From Candidatus Nanogingivalaceae bacterium (GTDB lineage Bacteria; Patescibacteriota; Saccharimonadia; Saccharimonadales; Saccharimonadaceae), in the NCBI GenBank assembly GCA_015257795.3, contig CP072208.2:30001-62000 (forward strand): DNA of 32,000 nt, read 5' to 3'. Positions within the stretch are counted from its first letter, which is position 1; each line of letters opens with the position of its first letter. Below, in pieces: positions 23,748 through 31,374 of the stretch. The translations under genes were made by a program, and so were the position numbers. The notes below the pieces were generated by a model, which saw only the letters and a list, made by a program, of their open reading frames with translations, was not told the origin of the DNA and searched no databases.

Positions 23748-24428
23748 ATGGCGTTTTTCGAAAACGATAGCGGGCGAATCTTAATTGATAAGCCCGCTGG
23801 AATTACTAGCTTTGGTGTTGTGGCAAGAATTCGCCGTGTGCTAAAAAATGAGTTTGGTAAAAAAATAAAAGTTGGCCACACAGGAACGCTCGACCCTTTT
23901 GCGACCGGGCTTTTAGTTTTGTTATATGGTAAAGAAACTAAAAATGCGATGAGTCTCACTAAGCTTGATAAAGTCTATGAGGCTGAATTTACACTTGGCC
24001 AAATTTCCAGCACGGGTGATCCAGAAGGTGAGATTTCGAAATGCGAGAATTTTGAAGTTCCAACTTTCGAACAGATTAAAAAAGAAATTAAAACTAACTT
24101 TTTGGGCAAAATTGAACAAACACCGCCAGCTTTTAGTGCGATTAAAATTGATGGTAAGCGCGCTTACGATTTAGCGCGAAAGGGTGAAGATTTTGAAATT
24201 CCTAAACGCACGGTTGAAATTTTTGATTTCGAAATTTTAAGTTATGATTTTCCAAAACTAAAAGTTCGCACGCATGTTTCAAGTGGGACTTATATTCGTT
24301 CACTAGCGGAAGATTTGGGTGAAAATTTGGGTTGCGGTGCATTCTGTTCGCAACTTCGGCGCACAAAAATTGCCGATTTTGATATTTCGAAAGCTAAAAA
24401 GCTTGAAGATTTTGGAATTTTAGATTAG
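23748..24428 (+). CDS. truB: tRNA pseudouridine(55) synthase TruB
   Basis: GHTGTLDPFATGLLVLL catalytic Asp motif. PPAFSAIKIDGKRAYDLAR. 226 aa (no PUA extension). Confidence 0.93.
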   Translation: MAFFENDSGRILIDKPAGITSFGVVARIRRVLKNEFGKKIKVGHTGTLDPFATGLLVLLYGKETKNAMSLTKLDKVYEAEFTLGQISSTGDPEGEISKCENFEVPTFEQIKKEIKTNFLGKIEQTPPAFSAIKIDGKRAYDLARKGEDFEIPKRTVEIFDFEILSYDFPKLKVRTHVSSGTYIRSLAEDLGENLGCGAFCSQLRRTKIADFDISKAKKLEDFGILD

Positions 24429-24431
24429 TTT

Positions 24432-24460
24432 TTGCTTATTCTACTAAAAAATGATATAAT
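24432..24460 (+). promoter_or_regulatory. orn promoter (leaderless configuration)
   Basis: TTGCTT (24432-24437), 17 nt, TGaTATAAT (-10 at 24455-24460), then 7 nt to ATG 24468. Confidence 0.55.
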
Positions 24461-24467
24461 TTAAACA

Positions 24468-25016
24468 ATGAAAAGCGCAAAAATTCTTTGGATTGATTTA
24501 GAAATGACTGGTCTTGATCCGCAAAAAGACCGGATTTTAGAAGTTGCCGCAATTGCGACAGACTGGGATTTTAACGAAATTGCCACTTTTGAAAGTGCGG
24601 TTAAAGTTGATGAAAAAACACTCGAAAGCCGAATGGTTGGCGAGTTTTGGGATACTTTTAGTGAAACGCGCAATGCTTTAAAATTACAAAACTCTCGTGC
24701 TACGAAAAATTCACAAGAAGTTGAAGCGGACTTAATTAAATTTGTAGAAGAAAACTTTGCGGAAGAACTTACGAATGGCGAAAAGATTCTTTTGGGCGGA
24801 AATTCAATTCACCAAGATCGCCGATTTATTCGTGCGGAATGGAAAAAACTTGAAAAAATGTTGCATTATCGAATGCTAGATGTTTCGGCGTGGAAAGTTG
24901 TGATGAGTGCCAAGTTTAAACGGGTTTTTGCCAAGCCCGAAAACCACCGTGCGTTGGATGATATTCGCGGTTCGATTGAAGAGTTGAAATTTTATTTAAA
25001 AAAGGTGAAAAAATAA
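24468..25016 (+). CDS. orn: oligoribonuclease (DEDDh 3'-5' exonuclease)
   Basis: LWIDLEMTGLDPQKDRILEVAAI, GNSIHQDRRFI, HRALDDI motifs. 182 aa. Confidence 0.92.
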   Translation: MKSAKILWIDLEMTGLDPQKDRILEVAAIATDWDFNEIATFESAVKVDEKTLESRMVGEFWDTFSETRNALKLQNSRATKNSQEVEADLIKFVEENFAEELTNGEKILLGGNSIHQDRRFIRAEWKKLEKMLHYRMLDVSAWKVVMSAKFKRVFAKPENHRALDDIRGSIEELKFYLKKVKK

Positions 25017-25441
25017 TGAATCAAGATGAAATTAGAGATTTTTTGTTAACTTTTGATGCGGCAGAAGTTCGAAAAGATGAAGAAAATAAGCTTGAAATTT
25101 TTGAAGTTAATTTCGATAAATTAGAAAAAATTTGGCAAGAAAAAATGACTGGTGAGCTTGGTGATTTTGAACGTGCGACTGGTGAAAAGATTCTTTCGAA
25201 AATTGCGGAAAGTGAAGAATCGAAAGCAATTTTTGCAATTATCCATGATGGCTCAAAACCATTAAACGTTGAAATGAAAACTGGTGCGCAATTGGCGCGA
25301 ATTTTGCGTGAAAAGGAGAGCGTGGTCCCTTCTAAATTAATGAACGAGCGTGATTGGAATTTGATTATTGGGCAAGGGCAAGTTGCGGCCGATGAGCTTT
25401 GTGACTTATTGCGACTAAGTTATCGATTAGCTTGTGAGTAG
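25016..25441 (+). CDS. hypothetical protein, possibly MmcQ/YjbR-like
   Basis: Start overlaps the orn stop (TAATG). The C-terminal pattern DWNLIIGQGQVAADELCDLLRLSYRL resembles YjbR-family ends. Weak call. Confidence 0.4.
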   Translation: MNQDEIRDFLLTFDAAEVRKDEENKLEIFEVNFDKLEKIWQEKMTGELGDFERATGEKILSKIAESEESKAIFAIIHDGSKPLNVEMKTGAQLARILREKESVVPSKLMNERDWNLIIGQGQVAADELCDLLRLSYRLACE

Positions 25442-25448
25442 TTAACTA

Positions 25449-25477
25449 TTGACAAAAATATATTTATATGGTAACAT
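25449..25477 (+). promoter_or_regulatory. promoter of the GC-rich unit
   Basis: AACTATTGACA with TTGACA (25449-25454), 17 nt, TAACAT (25472-25477). Confidence 0.5.
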
Positions 25478-25502
25478 AGTAATTACCTCTTTTTGGGGAA
25501 AT

Positions 25503-25528
25503 TATAGCCGTGCGGGCTTTAAACGCGG
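25503..25528 (+). promoter_or_regulatory. 26-nt conserved element, copy 1 (TATAGCCgtGCGGGCTTTAAaCGCGG)
   Basis: 23/26 identical to the minus strand of 5710-5735. Ends 8 nt before ATG 25537. Confidence 0.45.
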
Positions 25529-25839
25529 TACATTATATGACAAGAAGAAGAATTATTGACCACCACACAGCATATAGCGAAACGAAATGTGGGGTAAAGG
25601 CTCCTACTCAGAACAGGACGAATAATAGCCCAAATGAGCATTATGCTGTTGATGGAAACAGAAATAATGATGGGCAGTTAGCACGGTTGTCTGGACGAGT
25701 TGACGTTGACGGTAATAGGAATGGTAGTGAAAGTGAGCCGGCATGGCGAGCGCAAACTGCATGCTTTGGTGCATTCGATGGAAGTGCTCCTTGTGTTGCG
25801 CATCAAGAAGATCGTCGTTATGCAGACGATCGGTGGTAA
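25510..25839 (+). CDS. orphan hydrophilic D/G/N/R-rich protein (100-109 aa). Start is GTG 25510 or ATG 25537
   Basis: From ATG 25537 my hand count over 100 codons gives T = 13/12/42 and G+C = 56/~50/32 at codon positions 1/2/3, a strong coding periodicity. Own promoter and strong terminator. No hydrophobic core, 3 Cys, no family recognised. An ncRNA alternative is not fully excluded. Confidence 0.5.
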   Translation: MRALNAVHYMTRRRIIDHHTAYSETKCGVKAPTQNRTNNSPNEHYAVDGNRNNDGQLARLSGRVDVDGNRNGSESEPAWRAQTACFGAFDGSAPCVAHQEDRRYADDRW

Positions 25840-25849
25840 AAATCTTCTC

Positions 25850-25870
25850 GGCCTCGAAGGAGGCCTTTTT
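25850..25870 (+). terminator. strong intrinsic terminator
   Basis: GGCCTC-GAAG-GAGGCC followed by TTTTT. Confidence 0.8.
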
Positions 25871-25893
25871 CATTTGCGAAAAAAATATAAATT

Positions 25894-25902
25894 TGGTATA
25901 AT
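25894..25902 (+). promoter_or_regulatory. extended -10 promoter of the Q/N-rich protein gene
   Basis: TGgTATAAT, then 10 nt to ATG 25913. No SD. Confidence 0.5.
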
Positions 25903-25912
25903 CATAAGTAAT

Positions 25913-26830
25913 ATGAAACCAAATCAAGACTGGAATCAGAACGACCAAAATTATGGTGTTCAACCGAATAATTTTCCTCAAAATCAGTATCCACAACAAC
26001 AAAACTATGGTGGATATCCAAATGAGTTTACTCAAAATGGGCAATTTCCTGCTGAGCAAAATCAGCAGCAGTTTGGTGTTCAGTATCAAAACTATGGTGC
26101 TCAACAAAATTATCCGCAATATCCAAATGGGTATCAAAACCAACCTCAATATCCACGGCAACCAGTGCAGAATCCGTCTGCTGCTCCAAATTTAATGCCA
26201 AATCAAAACTATAACGGTAGCTCTGCATCTGAGAATCCGTATACCGTTGAGTATTTGAATAAAATCTCGCCTAAAAAGGCTGTTCCGTTTTGGACAAAGG
26301 GCAAGATTTTGGTTGCGTCCGCGCTTGCAATTGCGCTATTCTTTGCCATTTTCATTATTGCAACTGCTGGAAAAAGTGATGATTCTACGCAAAAAGTTCT
26401 TCGGGCTTATTATAACGTTGTGAAACTTAAAGAGATTACCGGGACGTATCAAAAGAAAATTAAAAGTTCAGACTTAGCAGCCGTTAATGCCGGAATCAAT
26501 ATTTCACTCAGTTCTGATGAGCAAATCTTAACAGAATACATGAAGAGTAAGAAAATTGATGTTCCGCGTGGTGATTCAAGGAAGAAATCAGAAATTTATA
26601 AGCAAACTGAAACTGATTTTAACAAGCTTGATACAACTCTTGATGATGCGTTTTTGAATGCTACGATTGACGAAGTTTATTCTCGTGAAATGGCCTATCA
26701 GTTAGTTCGTGTTAAAAACTTGATTGTTCGTCATAAAAAGACAGCAGGTTCTGTGCAGAAAAAAATGTATGCAAAGATTGAAAAAAATCTTGAAGAATCT
26801 TCAAAGCAACTCGAAAACTATAAGAAGTAG
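25913..26830 (+). CDS. single-pass membrane protein with an N-terminal Q/N/P/Y-rich low-complexity domain
   Basis: 305 aa from ATG 25913 (MKPNQDWNQNDQNYGVQPNNFPQNQYPQQQNYGGYP...). TM segment ILVASALAIALFFAIFIIATAG. About 180-aa C-terminal domain of unknown family. The track's start at 25700 reads through the upstream terminator. Confidence 0.75.
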   Translation: MKPNQDWNQNDQNYGVQPNNFPQNQYPQQQNYGGYPNEFTQNGQFPAEQNQQQFGVQYQNYGAQQNYPQYPNGYQNQPQYPRQPVQNPSAAPNLMPNQNYNGSSASENPYTVEYLNKISPKKAVPFWTKGKILVASALAIALFFAIFIIATAGKSDDSTQKVLRAYYNVVKLKEITGTYQKKIKSSDLAAVNAGINISLSSDEQILTEYMKSKKIDVPRGDSRKKSEIYKQTETDFNKLDTTLDDAFLNATIDEVYSREMAYQLVRVKNLIVRHKKTAGSVQKKMYAKIEKNLEESSKQLENYKK

Positions 26831-26840
26831 AATATTCTAA

Positions 26841-26867
26841 AAGCCGCTTTTTTCGAAAAGGCGGCTT
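26841..26867. terminator. bidirectional intrinsic terminator
   Basis: AAGCCGCTTTTT-TCG-AAAAGGCGGCTT long hairpin centred on TTCGAA. Lies between convergent genes. Confidence 0.7.
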
Positions 26868-26871
26868 ATTT

Positions 26872-27456
26872 TTATTTGTTGATAATTTCTTGAATTATTT
26901 TTTGTAAATCTGGAATCACTTCGTCCTTGAACCAAGGATTTTTTGCTTGCCAAATATTGTTGCGAGGCGAAGGGTGAACGAGCGGAAAATATTCCGGAAG
27001 ATAAGATTTATAATTTTTAACGGTTTCGGTTAGCTTATCAGACGATTTTTGATTAAGGTAATAATGCTGAGCATAATTACCAATTAAAATTGTTAATTCT
27101 ATATCTGGAGCGAGAGCAAGAACTCGCTTGTGCCACTTTTCAGCAAAGCCTTTCCTTGGCGGTAAATCGCCCGATTTTCCGTGTCCAGGAAAATAAAAAT
27201 CCATCGGAATAATAGCAAATAATCCTGAATTATAAAACTGTTCTTTACTTACGCCAAGCCATTCTCGAAGATTATCACCACTTGGGTCATTCCAATATAG
27301 CCCTGATTCTTGTGCGCGTATTCCTGGCGCTTGGCCAACAATGTTGATGCGTGCAGTTTTTGGAATTGTAAAGAGCGGTTTAATTCCTTGTTTTGTGTAG
27401 ATAGAATTTTGTGGATCGGCCATAATTTCGGCTGTAAGTTTTTCGATCGTTTCCAT
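26872..27456 (-). CDS. uracil-DNA glycosylase superfamily protein
   Basis: 194 aa. Motif A INIVGQAPG and motif B LVHPSPRNN. AAAGGAAAA SD. Confidence 0.82.
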   Translation of the reverse strand: METIEKLTAEIMADPQNSIYTKQGIKPLFTIPKTARINIVGQAPGIRAQESGLYWNDPSGDNLREWLGVSKEQFYNSGLFAIIPMDFYFPGHGKSGDLPPRKGFAEKWHKRVLALAPDIELTILIGNYAQHYYLNQKSSDKLTETVKNYKSYLPEYFPLVHPSPRNNIWQAKNPWFKDEVIPDLQKIIQEIINK

Positions 27457-27544
27457 TTTATTTTTTCCTTTTCTGATTTTTATTTTAGCACTTTAATTTC
27501 AGTAAATCAAGAAATAGCATTTTTTAGAATATTTTTTCGACCCG

Positions 27545-27553
27545 TGGTATAAT
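27545..27553 (+). promoter_or_regulatory. extended -10 promoter of dnaG-rpoD (leaderless)
   Basis: TGgTATAAT, then 6 nt to ATG 27560. No SD. Confidence 0.55.
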
Positions 27554-27559
27554 ATAAAC

Positions 27560-29296
27560 ATGAACGATGCCAGAGAAGAAATTAAATCGCGAATAAGTAT
27601 TGAAGATTTAGCTGGCGAATATCTTGAGCTCAAGCGAACGGGGCGCAATTTTAAGGCGCTTAGTCCCTGGACGAATGAGCGAACTCCGAGTTTTATTGTT
27701 AGTCCGGATAAGCAAATTTGGCACGATTTTTCATCTGGAAAAGGCGGTGATATTTTTGGTTTTATCATGGAAGTTGAGGGAATGAATTTTCGTGAAGCAT
27801 TAGAATTTTTGGCTCGAAAAGCAGGCGTTGAAATTGAAACTTTTAACTCAAAACGCTCTAAAGAAATTGCCGAAAAGAAAGAACGCCTTCGAAAAATTTT
27901 ACAAATAAGTTCTAATTTTTATCAGCATATGTTGATTCGTGATAAAAAAGCTTTGAACTATGTTTTTAAAAAACGCAAACTTTCGAAAGAAATTGTGCAA
28001 GATTTTAAAGTTGGCTATGCGCCAAACGGCCAAAAAATATTAACAAACTTTTTACTTAAAAAAGGTTTTTCGTTAAATGATATTCGTGACGCAGGGCTTT
28101 TAAATCGGTTTGGTGGTGACATTTTTCGAAACCGAATGGTAATTACATTAAAAGATGCGAGTGGTGAGCCGGTTGGGTTTACTGGCAGGATTATAGATGA
28201 CGAACCAAACGCTCCCAAATATTTGAACACACCACAAACTCTGCTTTATGATAAGTCTTCGAATATTTTTGGACTTTCGCAAGCTAAAAATGAGATTCGA
28301 AAAACTGGTTTTGCAGTGGTTGTTGAAGGGAATATGGATGTAATTTCGAGCCATCAAGTGGATGTGAGAAATGTGGTCGCTACGGCTGGAACAGCTATGA
28401 CAGTAAATCACCTCAAGGCGCTTAGTCGGTTCTCAAATGATATTCGCCTCTGTTTTGATAGTGATCAGGCTGGAATCAACGCCACTGAAAGAGCTATTTC
28501 TTTAGGTCAGCAAGCTGGGGTTGAGCTTTCAATTATTACATTAGATCAATCTGCAGGCCAAGCAAAAGATCCGGATGAATTAATTCAAAAAGATATAGAA
28601 CTATGGAGGAGATCAATTGCGAATCCGCAGCCAGCAATGGAATGGATCTTTGATCAATATCAAAAGAGGCTAGATATTTCAACTGCGAAGGGTAAAAAAG
28701 ACTTTTCCACAATTGCACTTAAACTTGTGGAAAACTTAAATGACCCTGTGGAAAAAGATTTTTACATTAATGAGATTTCGAAAAGAATTGGTGTTTCGAA
28801 AGCGACGTTGCTCAATAAGATTGGTGAAGAAAAGAAGCCTGAAAAAACCAAAAAACGGGTGAAAATTGAAAAAACAGATAAGAAATTTGTTGACGATTTT
28901 TTGTACGAAGATGATTTGCTTGCGCTTGCGATTAAGGAGCCTCGGCTCGCTAAAATGTTGAGTGATTTAAAAGAGAATTCTCTACACGGCGAACAGCGGA
29001 ATAAAATTCTAGAAATATTGAAATCTGAAGATATGGAGCTATTGAAAAGCTTTGATGAATATGTTAAAATACTACTATTAAAAGCTGACGAACGGCTCGG
29101 AAATATTAAAGAAAGTGCAACCGATGAAATGAAGCGTTTGATTCAGAAAGTTAAAACTGAAAATTTGCGAACACAAAAAGAGAATCTTCAAGCTGAACTT
29201 GAAAATGCTGAAATTCAGGGTGATGAAAATTTAAAAACGAAGATTTTAAGTAAGATTATTGAACTAAATAAGGAGCTAAATAGTGGCAAAAGGTAA
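27560..29296 (+). CDS. dnaG: DNA primase DnaG (zinc-ribbon region lacking the four Zn ligands)
   Basis: TPSF motif region [47 protein letters not shown] and [15 protein letters not shown]. 578 aa. Confidence 0.93.
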   Translation: MNDAREEIKSRISIEDLAGEYLELKRTGRNFKALSPWTNERTPSFIVSPDKQIWHDFSSGKGGDIFGFIMEVEGMNFREALEFLARKAGVEIETFNSKRSKEIAEKKERLRKILQISSNFYQHMLIRDKKALNYVFKKRKLSKEIVQDFKVGYAPNGQKILTNFLLKKGFSLNDIRDAGLLNRFGGDIFRNRMVITLKDASGEPVGFTGRIIDDEPNAPKYLNTPQTLLYDKSSNIFGLSQAKNEIRKTGFAVVVEGNMDVISSHQVDVRNVVATAGTAMTVNHLKALSRFSNDIRLCFDSDQAGINATERAISLGQQAGVELSIITLDQSAGQAKDPDELIQKDIELWRRSIANPQPAMEWIFDQYQKRLDISTAKGKKDFSTIALKLVENLNDPVEKDFYINEISKRIGVSKATLLNKIGEEKKPEKTKKRVKIEKTDKKFVDDFLYEDDLLALAIKEPRLAKMLSDLKENSLHGEQRNKILEILKSEDMELLKSFDEYVKILLLKADERLGNIKESATDEMKRLIQKVKTENLRTQKENLQAELENAEIQGDENLKTKILSKIIELNKELNSGKR

Positions 29297-30296
29297 AAGC
29301 AAGAAGGAACTTCCAGAAGAAATCTTAAACGAAGATGGTGTTGTTGACGCAACGGTATCTCTTGATGAATTTGAGCCGGATTTTGAAGATCTTACAAATG
29401 AAGACGAAGAAAATATAGCAGACGAAGATCTAATAAATAGTTCATATTCTGATGATATAACAGATGATAGTGTTCGGATGTATTTGCGTGAGATTGGTAA
29501 AATCCCACTCCTTTCACTTGAAAAAGAAACTGAACTTGCCAAAAAAGCGATGGAAGGTGACCAAAAGGCAAAAGATAAAATGGCGGAAGCTAATATGCGC
29601 CTTGTGGTTTCGATTGCAAAACGATATTCTGGTCGTGGGTTGGACCTACTTGATTTAATTCAAGAGGGAAACACTGGTCTTCTTCGTGCCGTAGATAAAT
29701 TTGATCCAAGCAAAGGTTTCAAGTTTTCAACTTACGCAACTTGGTGGATTCGACAGGCAATTACTCGTGCGATTGCCGATCAGGCGCGAACTATTCGAAT
29801 TCCTGTCCACATGGTCGAAACGATCAATAAACTTATGCGAACATCTCGCCGATTAACACAAGAACTTAATCGTGAACCAACTAATGAAGAACTTGCTAAA
29901 GAGATGGACATGGATGTTGAAAAAGTTGAATATATCCAGAAAATTAAGCAAGATATTACTTCGCTAGATGCGGGAATTGGCCGCGATGGGGAAGAAGGTG
30001 AAGAATCAACATTGGGTGATTTTATTGAAGACGAAGATACTGCAAGCCCAGAAGAATCAGCGACAGTTCAACTTCTAAAAGAGCAAGTTCGCGATATTCT
30101 TTCAACACTTTCAGACCGTGAGCGTAAAATCCTCGAAATGCGTTTTGGACTGAACGGCACAAAGAGCCATACGCTTGAAGAAGTTGGTCTTGAATTTGCA
30201 GTTACTCGTGAACGAATCCGTCAAATTGAAGCAAAGGCATTAATGAAGTTGAAGAAGCATAAAGATTCGAAAAAACTTCATGAATATTTGGATTAA
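29283..30296 (+). CDS. rpoD: primary RNA polymerase sigma factor (sigma-70 family)
   Basis: GTG start with AAGGAG 7 nt upstream. Overlaps the dnaG end by 14 nt. Region 2 ([40 protein letters not shown]) and region 4.2 ([24 protein letters not shown]). Confidence 0.93.
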   Translation: MAKGKSKKELPEEILNEDGVVDATVSLDEFEPDFEDLTNEDEENIADEDLINSSYSDDITDDSVRMYLREIGKIPLLSLEKETELAKKAMEGDQKAKDKMAEANMRLVVSIAKRYSGRGLDLLDLIQEGNTGLLRAVDKFDPSKGFKFSTYATWWIRQAITRAIADQARTIRIPVHMVETINKLMRTSRRLTQELNREPTNEELAKEMDMDVEKVEYIQKIKQDITSLDAGIGRDGEEGEESTLGDFIEDEDTASPEESATVQLLKEQVRDILSTLSDRERKILEMRFGLNGTKSHTLEEVGLEFAVTRERIRQIEAKALMKLKKHKDSKKLHEYLD

Positions 30297-30317
30297 AGTG
30301 GTGGAGAAAGGTTTAAA

Positions 30318-30956
30318 ATGAAGGAAAAACTTATACGAATTGCACCAATCTTGCTAATTATCGCGATTGCGATTCTTTCGATCATAACTGTTGTTACAGT
30401 AGTGAATGCGCTTATGAATGGTGGAAATAATAATCAATCACAGCAGGCTGGAGATGATTCTTCGAAAGAAGAAGATAAATCGGTTAAAGATTTATTAAGT
30501 GTTGAACAGAATCGTAGTGTTAAAATGGCGGTTCGAGGACCAATTGTGGCTCAAGAAAACTTTCGATCTTATACTGTTGAAGTGTCTCCAACTTATCGTA
30601 AGCTAATAACTTATAAAGGCTATCTTGATGAAGTTATTAAGGAAGTGAATTTGGGGAATAATTCAGAGTCGTATACTCAATTTGTGAATGCACTCAATAA
30701 GGCTAACATGATGAAGGGTGTTGCATTTAGTGGTGCGGCTGATGATCTTGCTGGGGTTTGTGCTACAGGACACCTTTATGATTTCTCAATTTTAAAAGAT
30801 GATAATGTACAAAAACATCTTTGGACTACAACTTGTGCAGGCTCTAAAGGTTCATTATTAGCAAACAATAAACAGCTTCAGAATTTGTTTATTTCGCAAG
30901 TTCCAGGAAATGAGCAAATTGTGCGTGATCTTGGGATTAATGAGAATAAGCGCTAA
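30318..30956 (+). CDS. membrane-anchored hypothetical protein
   Basis: N-terminal TM (IAPILLIIAIAILSIITVVTVV), then a ~170-aa extracytoplasmic domain with two Cys. No family recognised. Confidence 0.65.
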   Translation: MKEKLIRIAPILLIIAIAILSIITVVTVVNALMNGGNNNQSQQAGDDSSKEEDKSVKDLLSVEQNRSVKMAVRGPIVAQENFRSYTVEVSPTYRKLITYKGYLDEVIKEVNLGNNSESYTQFVNALNKANMMKGVAFSGAADDLAGVCATGHLYDFSILKDDNVQKHLWTTTCAGSKGSLLANNKQLQNLFISQVPGNEQIVRDLGINENKR

Positions 30957-31374
30957 AGTTCTATTTTTCGATTGTTTTGGAGTGCTGGTTTTACGCCAGC
31001 CTTCTTCAGAACATATTTTTGAATATGTCTGGAAAAAAGATAAAAATCTTTTAAATTTTATCCGTCAACAGAAGACTAATGGCCTAAAAATTGGAATTAT
31101 TTCTAATGTCGCACAATATCAATTTGATGAGTTTTTTTCCAGAAAAGAGCAAGCAGAACTTTTCGATTTTTTAGTATTATCTGGTGAAGTTGGGTGTGCT
31201 AAACCAAATTCAAGAATTTTTAAAATCGCAATTGAAAAGAGTAATGTTCTACCGAGCGAAATAGCTTTTTTCGATGATTCGATTTTAAATGTTGAATCCG
31301 CCCAAAAAGTGGGGATTCAGGGATTTTTATATAAAAATTGGGAAGATTTTTCAAAGGAATTTAAGGAGGATTAA
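30940..31374 (+). CDS. HAD-superfamily hydrolase (subfamily IA-like, short)
   Basis: Start taken at ATG 30940 (MRISAKVLFFDCFGVL...). The track starts at 30910. Motif I LFFDCFGVL, motif III K (GCAKPN), motif IV FFDDSILNVESAQKVG. Confidence 0.7.
   Translation: MRISAKVLFFDCFGVLVLRQPSSEHIFEYVWKKDKNLLNFIRQQKTNGLKIGIISNVAQYQFDEFFSRKEQAELFDFLVLSGEVGCAKPNSRIFKIAIEKSNVLPSEIAFFDDSILNVESAQKVGIQGFLYKNWEDFSKEFKED

Noticed and set aside
25696-25709. Tandem GTTGAC GTTGAC within the GC-rich ORF
   Set aside because: It simply encodes V-D-V-D within the repeated VDGNRN motif. There is no independent signal.
25484-25870. GC-rich island as RNase P RNA, tmRNA, SRP RNA or a T-box leader
   Set aside because: I looked on both strands for the hallmark motifs: GGAAAGTCC with ACAGAAnCCGGCTTA (RNase P P4), GGGG...TTCGAC 5' end with a T-arm/CCA 3' end (tmRNA), and AGGTCCGGAAGGAAGCAGC (SRP). 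None is present. Only loose resemblances exist (GGGGTAAAGGCTCC, GTGAAAG, GGTGGTA). The strong three-base periodicity favours a coding region. An unknown ncRNA is not strictly excluded.
25700-25912. Upstream part of the 376-aa ORF 25700..26830
   Set aside because: It reads through a strong terminator and the TGgTATAAT promoter. The real start is ATG 25913.
25604-26161. 185-aa minus-strand ORF
   Set aside because: It is antisense to the GC-rich ORF and to the Q/N-rich repeat region. It stays open only because those sequences lack reverse-strand stops. It has no promoter or SD, and the implausible I/L-rich product mirrors CAA/AAT repeats.
30910-30939. Longer start of the HAD hydrolase at 30910
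   Set aside because: It would overlap the upstream gene by 47 nt and add a hydrophobic, non-HAD-like 10 aa. ATG 30940 puts the nucleophile Asp about 11 residues from the N-terminus, as usual. This is not decisive.
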